Of a stretch of 64,000 bases of DNA, positions 12,128 to 23,916 are shown piece after piece (positions within the stretch are counted from its first letter, which is position 1; each line of letters opens with the position of its first letter). A program made the translations under genes and the position numbers. The notes below the pieces were generated by a model. It had not been told where the DNA came from, did no database searches, and was given only the letters and a program-made list of their open reading frames with translations. The stretch comes from an uncultured delta proteobacterium (lineage in GTDB: Bacteria > Myxococcota > Myxococcia > SLRQ01): assembly GCA_963727485.1 (NCBI GenBank), contig CAVSGM010000011.1, positions 64,001 to 128,000 of the forward strand, in the 5' to 3' direction.

Positions 12128-13656
<1,529 letters not shown>

Positions 13657-13663
13657 GGCCGGA

Positions 13664-14392
13664 TCAGGCCCCGTCGAGCTCGGGGTAGTGGCGGAAGAGG
13701 CCCATCTCGTTGAAGGGCAGGCGCCGGTCGGAGGCGAGGTAGGCGGCGACCCTGGGCAGCGCCTCGACCCGATCGGCGAGGGCCACCAGGCCCGGGGTGT
13801 CCTCCGCGACCGCGGCGAAGCGCTCGGGGAAGGCGTAGGCGAGGCCGCGCACCACCTGGAACACCGAGAGGTCCACGTAGCTGGCCGCCTCGCCCACCAG
13901 GTAGCGCCCGCCGTTCTGCGCCAGGGCCCGCTCGAAGAAGCCGAGGTACTTGGGCATCCGCGCCTCGCGGAAGTGGGCGGCCCGGGCCTTGGCGGCCTCC
14001 CGCTGCTCCTCGTAGTACTGCGCCGAGGAGATCGGGTGGTGGGTGTCGTGGGTCTCGTCGACCAGGTCGGCGACGGTGAGCTGGAGCTGCATCGCGTGGA
14101 GGCGCCCGGCCTCGTCCTCGGGCGCCAGGGCGTGGCGCTCGCCGAGGTAGCGGCAGAGGTTCGGGCTCTGGGAGATCACCAGCGCCCCGTGGCGCAGCAT
14201 CGGCACCGCGAAGCCCGGGGTCTGGCCCGTGTCCTCGAGGATGGCGCGCAGCGCGGCGATGCCCCCGCCCTCGGACTCGGGCACCCGGGCCAGGTCGACG
14301 TAGTCGGCGCCGGCGGCCTCGAGGACCAGGCGCGGGAACTCGCCGCGCCCCTGGATGCCGGGCCAGTAGAAGAGCTCATAGGTCGCAGTCAT
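13664..14392 (-). CDS. Glutathione S-transferase family protein
   Basis: YWPGIQGRGEFPRL, ISQSPNLCRYLG, SYVDLSVFQ. Confidence 0.9.
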   Translation of the reverse strand: MTATYELFYWPGIQGRGEFPRLVLEAAGADYVDLARVPESEGGGIAALRAILEDTGQTPGFAVPMLRHGALVISQSPNLCRYLGERHALAPEDEAGRLHAMQLQLTVADLVDETHDTHHPISSAQYYEEQREAAKARAAHFREARMPKYLGFFERALAQNGGRYLVGEAASYVDLSVFQVVRGLAYAFPERFAAVAEDTPGLVALADRVEALPRVAAYLASDRRLPFNEMGLFRHYPELDGA

Positions 14393-14448
14393 GGGCGGCA
14401 GTGTGCCGCCGCTTCCGGCGGCGCGCCAGGGGCGGTACCCTCCCGGCC

Positions 14449-14904
14449 ATGGCCGGATCCTCTCCACGGGGCGCCCTGGTCGGGCTCCGGGCCGGCGCCA
14501 TGACCGGCGCCGCCAGCGTGGCCCTCACCCTGGGCATCATGACCGCCCTGGTGCTCCTCGGGGGCGCCGACCTCCAGCGCGACCTGATCGGAGCCCACTG
14601 GATGCGCCACGTGGTGATCGCCGCCGGGGTCGGCGCCGGGGTCGGGGTGGTCCTCGGGGGGATCGTGGGCGCCGTCCTGGGGCGCCTGGGCCAGGGACCC
14701 ATGTCCGGCGCCATCGCCGGTGGCGTCCTGGCCCTGGCCGCCGCCACCGTCGTCTACCAGGTGCGCCTCCACGCCCCCCTCGAGGACGTGCTCCTCGCCG
14801 GCGCCGGGGCCGCCGCGGTGGGCGCCGCCGTGGGGATCGTGGTGTGGCTCCCCTTCAGCCTCGTCGCGGGCGTGCGGTCGCTCCTCCGCCGCCAGGGCCG
14901 GTAG
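14449..14904 (+). CDS. Hypothetical Gly/Ala-rich membrane protein
   Basis: About 4 hydrophobic segments, GC3-rich codon usage. Confidence 0.55.
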   Translation: MAGSSPRGALVGLRAGAMTGAASVALTLGIMTALVLLGGADLQRDLIGAHWMRHVVIAAGVGAGVGVVLGGIVGAVLGRLGQGPMSGAIAGGVLALAAATVVYQVRLHAPLEDVLLAGAGAAAVGAAVGIVVWLPFSLVAGVRSLLRRQGR

Positions 14905-16070
14905 CCGCCGGGGCGCTGGCCGATCGCTCCCTCGACGACCTCGCCGCCGAGCTCGGGGTCACCAGCCGGCACCTGCGCCGCGCCTTCCGCGCCGAGCTCG
15001 GGGTCTCCCCGGTGGCCTTCGCCCAGTCCACGCGCCTGGCGCTGGCCAAGCAGCTCCTCCAGGACACGGCGCGGCCGGTGACCGAGGTCGCCTTCGCCGC
15101 GGGCTTCGGGAGCGTGCGTCGGTTCAACGCCGTGTTCCGCGACCGCTTCGGCCGGCCGCCCTCGGCGGTCCGCCGGGGCGCCGCCGCCCCGGGCGACGCC
15201 GTGCCCCTCGCCCTCGGCTACCGCCCGCCCTTCGACTGGGCAGGGCTCCTCGCGTTCTTCGCCAGTCACGCCACCCCCGGGGTGGTGGCGGTCGATGGCG
15301 ACGCCTGCTGCCGCACCGTGCGCCTCGGCGCCCACACCGGCTGGATCGCGGCGCGCCCGCTCCCGGGGCGGGACGCCCTTGGGGTGGAGGTGAGCCCCTC
15401 GCTCCTGCCGGTGCTCCTGCCCCTCTCCGGGCGCCTGCGCCGGCTCTTCGACCTCGATGCCCGCCCCGACGCGGTGGCCGCCTGGCTCGCCCGGGACCCG
15501 GTCCTGCGCCCCCTGGTGCGCCGGCGCCCCGGCGTGCGCATCCCCGGCGCCTTCGATCCCTTCGAGCTCGCCTGGCGCGCGGTCCTGGGCCAGCAGGTGA
15601 GCGTCCGCGCCGGCACCACCCTCGCCGGCCGCTTCGTCCAACGCTTCGGCACGCCCCTCGTCACGCCGGTGCCCGGCCTCACCCACCTGCCTCCCACCGC
15701 GGAGAGGGTCGCCGCGGCGCGCGCCTCGGAGATCGCCGCCCTGGGGATGCCCGGTCGCCGCGCCGCCACCGTCTCCGCCCTGGCCGCCGCCGTCGCCGGC
15801 GGCACGGTGCCGCTCGCCCCGGGGACCGACCCCGAGCGCGCCGCCGCGGCACTCCAGGCGCTCCCGGGGATCGGCCCCTGGACCGCCCAGTACGTGGCGA
15901 TGCGCGCCCTCGGCGCCCCCGACGCCTTCCCCCCGGGGGACCTCGGGCTCCGCCGGGCCCTCGGCGGCGTCGACGCCCGGACCCTCGCCGCCCGTGCCGA
16001 GGGCTGGCGCCCCTGGCGCGCCTACGCCGCCGTCCACCTCTGGCAGCTCGCCGCCGAGGAGGTCCGATGA
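14905..16070 (+). pseudogene. alkA: 5'-truncated Ada-AlkA fusion (AraC HTH + AlkA N-terminal + HhH-GPD glycosylase)
   Basis: [53 protein letters not shown]; Ada zinc domain and start codon missing. Confidence 0.75.
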
Positions 16071-16570
16071 CCCCCCGCTACACCTGGCTCGACAGCCCCC
16101 TGGGCCGCCTGCGTCTCGTCGACCACGGACGGGGCCTCGCCGGTCTCGACTTCGCCGACCGCCTCGCGGCTCCCGCCGACGGCTGGTGCGAGGACCCGGC
16201 GCCCTTCGCCGAGGTCGCCCGCCAGCTCGCCGCCTACTTCGCCGGCGAGCGGCGGACCTTCGACGTCCCCCTCGACCTGAAGGGGACGCCGTTCCAGCGA
16301 GAGGTGTGGCAGGCGCTGACGGAGATCCCCTTCGGCGCCACCGAGCGCTACGGGGCCCTGGCCGCCCGCCTCGGCCGCCCCGGTGCCTCACGGGCGGTGG
16401 GCGCCGCCAACGGCCACAACCCGGTGGCGATCCTCGTGCCCTGCCACCGGGTGGTCGACGCGAACGGCCGCCTCGCGGGGTACGCGGGCGGCCTCGAGCG
16501 CAAGCGCTGGCTGCTGAAGCACGAGCAGCGCTACGCGCCGGGGGTCATGCCCAGCTCGCTCTTCCAGTAG
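16067..16570 (+). CDS. ogt: Methylated-DNA-protein-cysteine methyltransferase
   Basis: [24 protein letters not shown] active site. Confidence 0.95.
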   Translation: MTPRYTWLDSPLGRLRLVDHGRGLAGLDFADRLAAPADGWCEDPAPFAEVARQLAAYFAGERRTFDVPLDLKGTPFQREVWQALTEIPFGATERYGALAARLGRPGASRAVGAANGHNPVAILVPCHRVVDANGRLAGYAGGLERKRWLLKHEQRYAPGVMPSSLFQ

Positions 16571-17574
16571 CGCTCGATTTGCCCGACCGTGCGCTTCGGC
16601 AGGGGCACGTAGTCGAGCTGCTCCGCCTGCGGCTGCCCCTGGGTGAGGAACCACTTGCAGAAGTGGAGGACCTTGGCGTTCTCCGCCTTGGCGGTGTCCT
16701 TGCGCATCAGGATGTAGGTGGCGGCGGTGATGGGCCAGCTCTGCGCGCCCGGCTGGTCGGTGAGGATGAGGTAGAAGTCCTTGGTCTTGGTGAAGTCGGC
16801 GTTCGCCGCGGCGGCCTGGAAGGTCTTCATCGCCGGCGACACCCGGTGGCCGGCCCGGTTCACCATCCGGGTGTAGGTGAGGTGGGTCTTGAGGGTGTAG
16901 GCGTACTCGACGTAGCCGATGGCGCCCTTGACCTGCTGCACGTACGAGGCCACGCCGGCGTTGCCCTTGCCCCCGATGCCCACGGGCCACTGCACCGCGG
17001 TGTTGGAGCCGACCTTCGACTTCCAGGCGGGGCTGACCTTGGAGAGGTAGTTGGTGAAGTTGAAGGTGGTGCCCGAGCCGTCGGCGCGGTGGACCACGGT
17101 GATGCCCATGGCCGGGAGCTTCACCTTGGGGTTGAGCTTCTGGATCCGGGCGTCGTTCCACTTGGTGATCCTGCCGAGGTAGATGTCGGCGAGGGCGGGG
17201 CCGTCGAGGAAGAGCTGGCCGGCGTTGACGCCCGGGAGGTGGACCACCGGGGTGATGCCGATGATCACCGCCGGGAACTGCACCATGCCCTGGGCGGCGA
17301 GCTTCTCGGGGGTCAGGGGCATGTCCGAGTTGGCGAAGGGCACCGTCTTGTTCGTGATCTGGCGGATGCCGCCCCCGGAGCCGATGGCCTGGTAGTTCAC
17401 GGCCACGCCGGTCTGCTTCCGGTAGGAGACGGCCCACTTGGCCAGCACCGGGTAGATGGCGGTGCCCCCGGCGCCGTTGAGGGTCTCGCCGGCGAGGGCG
17501 GCGGTGCCGGCGGCCGCGGTGGCGGCGACGGCGAGGGCGGCGACGAGGGCGCCGAAGGGCTTGGAGCGAAGCAT
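16531..17574 (-). CDS. pstS: Phosphate ABC transporter substrate-binding protein
   Basis: [34 protein letters not shown]; signal peptide. Confidence 0.95.
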   Translation of the reverse strand: MLRSKPFGALVAALAVAATAAAGTAALAGETLNGAGGTAIYPVLAKWAVSYRKQTGVAVNYQAIGSGGGIRQITNKTVPFANSDMPLTPEKLAAQGMVQFPAVIIGITPVVHLPGVNAGQLFLDGPALADIYLGRITKWNDARIQKLNPKVKLPAMGITVVHRADGSGTTFNFTNYLSKVSPAWKSKVGSNTAVQWPVGIGGKGNAGVASYVQQVKGAIGYVEYAYTLKTHLTYTRMVNRAGHRVSPAMKTFQAAAANADFTKTKDFYLILTDQPGAQSWPITAATYILMRKDTAKAENAKVLHFCKWFLTQGQPQAEQLDYVPLPKRTVGQIERYWKSELGMTPGA

Positions 17575-17643
17575 GGTCACGTCCTTTCGCGACGAGGTCG
17601 TTGGGGCGATGCCGGGGCCGGACGGCGCCCGGGTGCCTCGCAG

Positions 17644-17697
17644 GGTGTAGAGGGTCCGTGTGGCCGGCAGGTGACGGGCGCATGCGGGGGCTGTGAC
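17644..17697 (-). promoter_or_regulatory. Pho-box-like direct repeats and -10 element upstream of pstS
   Basis: Minus strand GTCAC / CGCAT / GTCAC / GCCAC at exact 11-bp period, then 10 nt to TACACC. Confidence 0.65.
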
Positions 17698-17725
17698 GAT
17701 GCGCGGAGCGCGCCGCGGCGAGCGT

Positions 17726-17836
17726 CGCGCGCTCCACGGCAGCTGGGTGTCGCCCCCGAAGACCCCCGAGGCCTTCCAGGCCCTCGTCGCCCGGGCGGGG
17801 CCCACCTTCGAGGCCCTGGCGATCCGCCGGCATGAG
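17726..17836 (+). pseudogene. Remnant of RimJ/RimL-type GNAT acetyltransferase
   Basis: RALHGSWVSPPKTPEAFQALVAR resembles the N-terminal LH.PWV.PP.T.EAF motif. Confidence 0.45.
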
Positions 17837-17893
17837 GGCCGACCCCGGGCGGGCGCCGGAGATCCTTCGGCCCCCTCGGGCGTAGGGGACCCC

Positions 17894-19240
17894 ATGCGTG
17901 CTCCTGTGCTCAAGGTGGCCCTCGCCCTCGCCGCTGCGCTCCTGCTCCCCGCGTCCGCCCGCGCCGCCGGGCCCGTGCCCGCCGACGGCTGCCCCACGGC
18001 GACGAAGGCGGGGCACTGGGCCCGGATCCCGCCGATGCCCGGCCGGTCGCCGCGGCCCGCGCGCGTCACCGGGGAACCGACCCAGCCGCCCTGGCGGACG
18101 GTCTTCGCCCTCGGCCGCCTCTACGTGTTCACCGCAGGGGGCCATGGCCTCGCCTTCGACCCCTGCCGGGGCGCGTGGGCCCGGTTCCCCTCGCCAACGA
18201 CCCCGGCGCCGCCGGCGCACGCCTCGCCGGATCCCGATCCCGCCCTCGACTCCGAGATGGCCCTGGCCCCCACGGCCTACTGGCACCTGGTCCCCGAGCT
18301 CCGGCGCTCCGCGGGCACCCGGGGCCACCCCCTGCAGGTCTTCGACGGGGCGGTGGTCAAGCTCCGTCGGCGCGTGCACCTCACCGCCGCCGGGGCGCCG
18401 GCACCCCGCGCGCCCCGAAGCTACGTCCTCGCCGCCGCCGGTGACCGGGTGATCGTCTGGGGTGGGCGCACCGCCTCCGGGCTGACCAACCGCGGCGCGG
18501 TCTTCGACGCGAAGACCCGGCGGTGGCGGCCGATGACCACCGCGGGCGCCCCGTCCCCCCGGGAGTCGGTGAGGGTGGTCTGGTGGACGGGGCGGCGCCT
18601 GGTGGTCTGGGGCGGCCGGGACGCGGCGGGCGCCCGCACCGACGGCGCCGCCTACGACCCGGTCCGGGACCGCTGGCGCGCCCTCCCCGCTGCCGGCGCG
18701 CCGACCACCCGGACGGTCCCTGGCGTCGCCGTGGCCTCCGGCCGTCGCCTCGTCGTCCTCCCGGCGCCCGGCGGCGACCCGGCGACCGGGGGGGTCTACG
18801 ATCGGGTGACGAACCGCTGGCGGCCGGTGGCGCCGCCCCAGGGGACATGGCCGGGGTACGAGACGCAGATCCACCGCGACGGCCCCCGGCGCCTGGTGTT
18901 CGCCGACGTCCAGAACCGGCGCCTCGAGGTCCTGGACCTGACGACCGGGCGGTGGACCGGGGTGCCCTTCGCCGGCGCCCACCTCTCCCCGCGGACGATG
19001 CCGGCGATCCACTGGACCGGGGCGCGCCTGGTGGTCTTCGGGGGCGTCGATCGGAAGATGGTGAGCCCCGGCGGCGGCTGCGGGGGACCAAGGCCCCCTG
19101 GCATGGGCTGCGACCCGGTGCCGCCCATCTTCCTCCGCGTCGTCCGCCGCGACGGGGCGATTTACCGCCCTCGACCCCCAGGTCGGGGGGCCGGCCGACC
19201 GGCAAAGCCTACGGCTGCACCTGGCTCTCCTCATAGGTGA
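17894..19240 (+). CDS. Secreted Kelch-like beta-propeller protein
   Basis: Signal peptide ...ASARA; repeats VIVWGG / LVVWGG / LVVFGG, YDP..DRWR, GAPSPR. Confidence 0.75.
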   Translation: MRAPVLKVALALAAALLLPASARAAGPVPADGCPTATKAGHWARIPPMPGRSPRPARVTGEPTQPPWRTVFALGRLYVFTAGGHGLAFDPCRGAWARFPSPTTPAPPAHASPDPDPALDSEMALAPTAYWHLVPELRRSAGTRGHPLQVFDGAVVKLRRRVHLTAAGAPAPRAPRSYVLAAAGDRVIVWGGRTASGLTNRGAVFDAKTRRWRPMTTAGAPSPRESVRVVWWTGRRLVVWGGRDAAGARTDGAAYDPVRDRWRALPAAGAPTTRTVPGVAVASGRRLVVLPAPGGDPATGGVYDRVTNRWRPVAPPQGTWPGYETQIHRDGPRRLVFADVQNRRLEVLDLTTGRWTGVPFAGAHLSPRTMPAIHWTGARLVVFGGVDRKMVSPGGGCGGPRPPGMGCDPVPPIFLRVVRRDGAIYRPRPPGRGAGRPAKPTAAPGSPHR

Positions 19241-20873
19241 TGGTGCAGGAGCGGAAGGCCTCGGACGAGCCGTCGAGGTTCACGTAGAAGAGGAGCCGGT
19301 GGGTGGCGTTGTCCATGCCGGCGGTGACGGTCTGCGACAGGGTCTGGGCCGCCGTGCTCTCGGTGGTCGTCCGCATCGAGGCCAGGATGCTGCCACTGCC
19401 CGCGTCGTCCGCGCTCCAGAAGAAGACCAGGCTCACCGATCCCGAGGGGTTGTTGTCGAAGACATGGCAGGTCAGGTTGGTGACGGTCACCCCGTTGGGG
19501 ACGTGGATGGGGCAGTAGAGGGTCCCGATGCCGGAGGTGACGTAGGCGTTCATGCCATTGCTGCTCACCGTGCCGCTGTGGACCTTGCAGTCCACCGGGG
19601 AGACGTTCAGGGTGCCCGTGACCGGCTGGGCGTAGCGATAGCGACCGTTCTGCACCATCACGTCGCCCTTGAAGTAGCCGGCGTAGCTGGTGCTGGTGCC
19701 GCCGGACGCCTGGGCCATGATGCCGTAGGCGTTCTGGCCACCGGACGCGAAGAAGTTCCCGCCGACGTTGGTGCCCGCCTTGGTGGCGACGCCGTCCACG
19801 CCGTAGGCGAAGCTGGAGCTGGCGTTGCCCGCCTGCCCGGTCACCCCGGCGGCGATGACCCCGCCCGAGGTGGCCGAGCCGGCGATGGCGGTCTCCGAGG
19901 CGGTGGTGCTGATGCCCGAGTTCGTCACCGAGAGGGCCGCGTTCTGACCCACCGAGCCGCTGGCGTTCCCGGTGACGGTCACCGCCAATCCGCCGCCGCT
20001 CCGGCCGTCCACGGTGAGCGGCCCGGTCATGCTGTCCCCGGCGACGTTCACGTAGCGCGGGTCCAGGGTGCTCCGGAGATCGGCGTTGGTGCGGGTGGTG
20101 TCGAGGTCGGCCTGGCAGCTCCAGCTCGACCCGCCCCACTTGGGCACCTGGCCGGTGGCGCACGAGAGGCTCGCCCGGGCCAGGGCGTTGACCGTGGGGT
20201 CGGTCTCGGAGGTGATCCCGGTGGCGTCGGCGGCGCAGCCCCAGCCGCCGGCGCCCGCCTTGAGCACCTGACCCGAGGCGCAGCTCATCAGCCCGATCCG
20301 GTTGTTCGCCGAGGCGTTCAGGGTCAGCGGCGAGGCGGTGGTGTAGGTGGTGTCGTCGTCGCCGTCGTCGAGGCCGGCGGGGCGGTTCTGGATGTCGGTC
20401 CAGTGGACCCCCTGACCCGAGGTCATCAGCTGGCTCGCCGGGATGCCCCCGACGCTGGCGGCGTCTCCGGCGTACTGGGCGTAGGCGGCGTAGGGGGTGG
20501 AGCCGAGGACCAGCCGCGGGCTCATCTCGGCGTCGGTGCCCACCTGGATGCCGAGGAAGGTCGCCGGGTCGTCCCGGAAGACCGAGAGATCGAGGGGCGT
20601 GTTCTGGCCCAGGTAGACGGTGAAGAAGCCATGGTCGACCATCACCGTCTGGGTCTCCTGGTAGACGGCCGTGCCGCCGGTGGCGGTGGTGTAGAGGCTG
20701 AGGGTGAGGTCGGTCTGGCCGTCGACGGGCTGGCCGGTGGCGTCCGTCAGGTAGCCCTGCACCGGGAGGAACGCCGGGGCGGTGCCGGGGGTCTGGGCGT
20801 GGGCGAGGGCCGGCGCCAGGGCGAGGCCGAGGGCCAGGACGAGCGCGGTCACGTGGGATCGGGTGCGGATCAT
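19209..20873 (-). CDS. Secreted phage-fibre-like adhesin, copy 2
   Basis: Signal ending AHA; N-domain VQGYLTD..GQP...LGSTPYAAYA; fibre-type motifs WTDIQNRP, ETDPTV, RYVNVAGDSMTG; RBS GGAG. Confidence 0.65.
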   Translation of the reverse strand: MIRTRSHVTALVLALGLALAPALAHAQTPGTAPAFLPVQGYLTDATGQPVDGQTDLTLSLYTTATGGTAVYQETQTVMVDHGFFTVYLGQNTPLDLSVFRDDPATFLGIQVGTDAEMSPRLVLGSTPYAAYAQYAGDAASVGGIPASQLMTSGQGVHWTDIQNRPAGLDDGDDDTTYTTASPLTLNASANNRIGLMSCASGQVLKAGAGGWGCAADATGITSETDPTVNALARASLSCATGQVPKWGGSSWSCQADLDTTRTNADLRSTLDPRYVNVAGDSMTGPLTVDGRSGGGLAVTVTGNASGSVGQNAALSVTNSGISTTASETAIAGSATSGGVIAAGVTGQAGNASSSFAYGVDGVATKAGTNVGGNFFASGGQNAYGIMAQASGGTSTSYAGYFKGDVMVQNGRYRYAQPVTGTLNVSPVDCKVHSGTVSSNGMNAYVTSGIGTLYCPIHVPNGVTVTNLTCHVFDNNPSGSVSLVFFWSADDAGSGSILASMRTTTESTAAQTLSQTVTAGMDNATHRLLFYVNLDGSSEAFRSCTITYEESQVQP

Positions 20874-20899
20874 GGGGATCTCCAGGGAAGCGAGGGGAT

Positions 20900-21271
20900 T
20901 CATCGGCCCGGGCTGGCGCCGGTGTTGAGCTGGTGGCTGCCGCCGCCGGTGTGGCCGGCGGGCTGGGGCGCGCCGACGCTGAAGCGGAGCCGGTAGTGGG
21001 TCGAGGCGGCGGTGCCGCTGCCACCGGTGAGCGAGGCCCCCGGGTGCAGGGGCTGCCCGGTGGCGCCGCCGTCGGTGACGCCACCGTCGGTCGTGCCGCC
21101 GTCGGTGACGCCACCGTCGATCGTGCCGCCGTCGCCACCGTCGGTCGTGCCGCCGTCGGTCACGGCACCGCCGCCACCGTCGGCCTGGGTGCCGCTGCCC
21201 TTCGTGGCGGGGCAGCCGGCGAGGGTGCCCGCCGCGAAGAGGGCGAGCAGCCAGTGGGTCCTGCGAGTCAT
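20900..21271 (-). CDS. Small lipoprotein with TDGG repeats, copy 2
   Basis: Lipobox LAGC; (V/T)TDGG repeats; C-terminal GGSG.AASTHYRL..VGAPQP domain; RBS AGGAGG. Confidence 0.8.
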   Translation of the reverse strand: MTRRTHWLLALFAAGTLAGCPATKGSGTQADGGGGAVTDGGTTDGGDGGTIDGGVTDGGTTDGGVTDGGATGQPLHPGASLTGGSGTAASTHYRLRFSVGAPQPAGHTGGGSHQLNTGASPGR

Positions 21272-21452
21272 CGACACCTCCTGCGTGGGTCGTCCGTGGC
21301 GACGCGCCACGACGTTCGCGGACCCTCGCAGGGCGGCGTCAACGCGCCGTCAAAGGCGTCCGCGCCGCCCCTGGGTGCCCTCCGCTCCGGGGCCCACCCC
21401 ACCTTGTGGCACCGCCGCCCCGTGCCTACCGCTTGCTCCAAGGAGGCAACCC

Positions 21453-21827
21453 ATGGACGTACAGACGACCCAGCTCGACACCAACGCCCTGCTCACCCAG
21501 TACCTCAACGTGGTCAACCGGGCGATCCGGTCCCACAAGGACAAGGTGCCCTTCAAGCAGATCCTCGACGTCGCCCAGAAGGCGCTCGCCGGGAAGCGCT
21601 TCGGGGTGGCGGTCTACAAGACCGACCCCGACAAGCCCCATGACTACTTCACCCTCGTCTGGCGCGACGGGGGCCTGGCCATCGCCGACCATGGGAAGAA
21701 GGACGTGGACCTCGCCTGGCGGGTGAAGGAGGACCACCTCACCAACGTGGTCACCAAGCCCGAGCCCTTCGTCGACAACCCGGCGCGCCTGGACCTCGAC
21801 TGGCTGAAGACCCGCCTCGGGCTCTAG
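21453..21827 (+). CDS. Hypothetical protein, possibly SCP2-like fold
   Basis: Strong RBS AAGGAGG, good codon bias; fold is a guess. Confidence 0.7.
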   Translation: MDVQTTQLDTNALLTQYLNVVNRAIRSHKDKVPFKQILDVAQKALAGKRFGVAVYKTDPDKPHDYFTLVWRDGGLAIADHGKKDVDLAWRVKEDHLTNVVTKPEPFVDNPARLDLDWLKTRLGL

Positions 21828-23497
21828 GGGAGCACCTCGGTCGCCTGGTAGGTGAACACGCAGGCGCGGAACTCCATGTTGGTGTTGAAGCTGACACGGA
21901 TGCTGAGCCGCTGGGTCGTGTTGTCCTGAAACAGGTTCAGGGCCGCCGACAGCGTCTGGACCGAGGCGCTGTTGGTGGTCGCGGTCAGCGTCGTCACCGG
22001 GCTCGCGGAGCCGGCGCTGATCGAGGCCTTGCCGAGGACCACGCTAAGGTTGTCGGAGCCGTTGTTGTCGATGACGGTGCAGGTCATGTGGGTGAGCGTC
22101 ACACCGCTGGGGACGCTGACGGGGCAGAGGATGACTGCCGAGCCGGCGGTGTCGTAGATGGTCGCCCCGCCGTACCAGGGCGGGATCCCTCCGCCATAGG
22201 CCTCGGTCACGCAGTTCGGCGGTGAGACGACCACGCTGCCGGTGACCGGCGCGGCGTAGCGGTAGCGCCCGTTCGACACCATCACGTCGCCCCGGAAGTA
22301 GCCGGCGTAGTTGACGTTGGAGCCCCCGACCGCCTGGGCCATGATGCCGTAGGCGTTGGTGCCCCCGGACGCCAGGAAGCTCCCGCCGATGTTGTTGGCC
22401 GCCTTGCTCGCCACGCCCTCCACCGCGTAGGCGTAGGCCGAGGCGGCGCTCCCGGCCTTCCCGACCAAGGCGGAGGCGAGGGCCCCGCCCGAGGTGGCGT
22501 CGGCGGCGATGGCGGTCTCCGAGGCGGTGGTGCTGGTGCTCTGGTTCACCACCGAGAGGGCCGCGTTCTGCCCCAGCGCGCCGCTCCCGTCCCCGGTGAC
22601 GGTGACCGCCGAGGTCCCGCTCCCGGTGGTGTCCACGGCGAGGGCGCCGGTCATGGCGTCTCCGGTGACGTTGACGTAGCGCGGATCGAGGGTGCTCTGG
22701 AGGTCGGCGTTGGTGCGGGTGGTGTCCAGGTCGTTCTGGCAGCTCCAGCTCGAGCCGCCCCACTTGGGTACCTGGCCCGCGGCGCAGGAGAGGCTCGCCT
22801 TGGCCAGGGCATTGACCGTGGGATCGGTCTCGGTGGTCAGCCCGCTGACATCGGCGGCGCAGCCCCAGCCGCCGGAGGTGGCCTTGAGGACCTGGCCCGA
22901 GGCGCAGCTCATCAGCCCGATCCGGTTGCCCGCCGTGGCGTCCAGGGTGAGCGGCGCGCCGGTGGTGTAGGTGGTGTCGTCGTCCCCGTCGTCGAGGCCG
23001 GCGGGGCGGTTCTGGATGTCGGTCCAGTTCACCCCCTGGCCCACCTTCTGGAGCTGGCTGGCGGGGATGCCGCCGACGCTCGCCGCATCCCCGGCGTACT
23101 GCGCGAAGGCGGCGTAGGGCGTGGTGCCCAGGACCAGGCGCGGGGACATCTGGGCATCGGTGCCCACCTGGACGCCGAGGAAGAGCTGGCCGTGGTCGCG
23201 GAAGAGGGACAGGTCCAGGGGCCAGTTCTGGCCGAGGTAGAGGGTGAAGAACCCGTGGTCCACCATCACCGTCTGGGTCTCCTGGTAGAGGACGCTGCCG
23301 GCGATGGCCGTGGCGTAGAGGCTGAGGGTGAGGTCGGTCTGGCCGTCGATGGGCTGGCCCGCGGCGTCGGTGAGGAAGCCCTGCACCGGGAGGAACGCCG
23401 GGGCGGTGCCCGCGCTCTGGGCCTTCGCGAGGGCGGGGGTCAGGACCAGGCCGAGGGCCACGACGGCGGCGACGAAGGGAGCGCGAGTGGGGATCAT
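21824..23497 (-). CDS. Secreted phage-fibre-like adhesin, copy 1
   Basis: Paralogue of 19209-20873 with a closely similar N-terminal three quarters and a divergent C-terminus. Confidence 0.65.
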   Translation of the reverse strand: MIPTRAPFVAAVVALGLVLTPALAKAQSAGTAPAFLPVQGFLTDAAGQPIDGQTDLTLSLYATAIAGSVLYQETQTVMVDHGFFTLYLGQNWPLDLSLFRDHGQLFLGVQVGTDAQMSPRLVLGTTPYAAFAQYAGDAASVGGIPASQLQKVGQGVNWTDIQNRPAGLDDGDDDTTYTTGAPLTLDATAGNRIGLMSCASGQVLKATSGGWGCAADVSGLTTETDPTVNALAKASLSCAAGQVPKWGGSSWSCQNDLDTTRTNADLQSTLDPRYVNVTGDAMTGALAVDTTGSGTSAVTVTGDGSGALGQNAALSVVNQSTSTTASETAIAADATSGGALASALVGKAGSAASAYAYAVEGVASKAANNIGGSFLASGGTNAYGIMAQAVGGSNVNYAGYFRGDVMVSNGRYRYAAPVTGSVVVSPPNCVTEAYGGGIPPWYGGATIYDTAGSAVILCPVSVPSGVTLTHMTCTVIDNNGSDNLSVVLGKASISAGSASPVTTLTATTNSASVQTLSAALNLFQDNTTQRLSIRVSFNTNMEFRACVFTYQATEVLP

Positions 23498-23523
23498 GCG
23501 GGTCTCCGGGGGAGCGAGCGGGG

Positions 23524-23916
23524 TCATCGGCCGGGGCTGGCGCCGGTGGTGATCTGGTGGGTGCCGCCGCGGGTGCGGCCGGCGGGCTGGGGCGCGCCGA
23601 CGTTGAGGTGGAGCCGGTAGTGGGTCGAGGCGGCGGCACCGCTGCCGCCGGTGAGGGAGGCGCCCGGGTGCATCGGCTGGCCGGGCGTGCCGGCGTCGGT
23701 GGCGCCCCCGCCATCGGGGCTCCCACCGTCGGCGACCGGGCCGCCGTCCGTCGTGCCCCCATCGGTGCTGCCGCCGCCGTCCGCGCCCGTGCTGCCGCCA
23801 TCGGTGACGCCTCCGCCACCGCCGTCAGCGTGGGTGCCGACGCCCGAGGTGGCGGGGCAGCCGGCGAGCGCACCGACGGCCACCAGCGCGAGCAGAAAGC
23901 AGGTCCAGCGAGTCAT
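23524..23916 (-). CDS. Small lipoprotein with TDGG repeats, copy 1
   Basis: Lipobox LAGC; DGG repeats; same C-terminal domain as 20900-21271. Confidence 0.8.
   Translation of the reverse strand: MTRWTCFLLALVAVGALAGCPATSGVGTHADGGGGGVTDGGSTGADGGGSTDGGTTDGGPVADGGSPDGGGATDAGTPGQPMHPGASLTGGSGAAASTHYRLHLNVGAPQPAGRTRGGTHQITTGASPGR

Noticed and set aside
19209..23497. Prophage or tailocin suggested by fibre motifs
   Set aside because: The proteins have Sec signal peptides; no capsid, sheath, baseplate, integrase or lysis genes in the window
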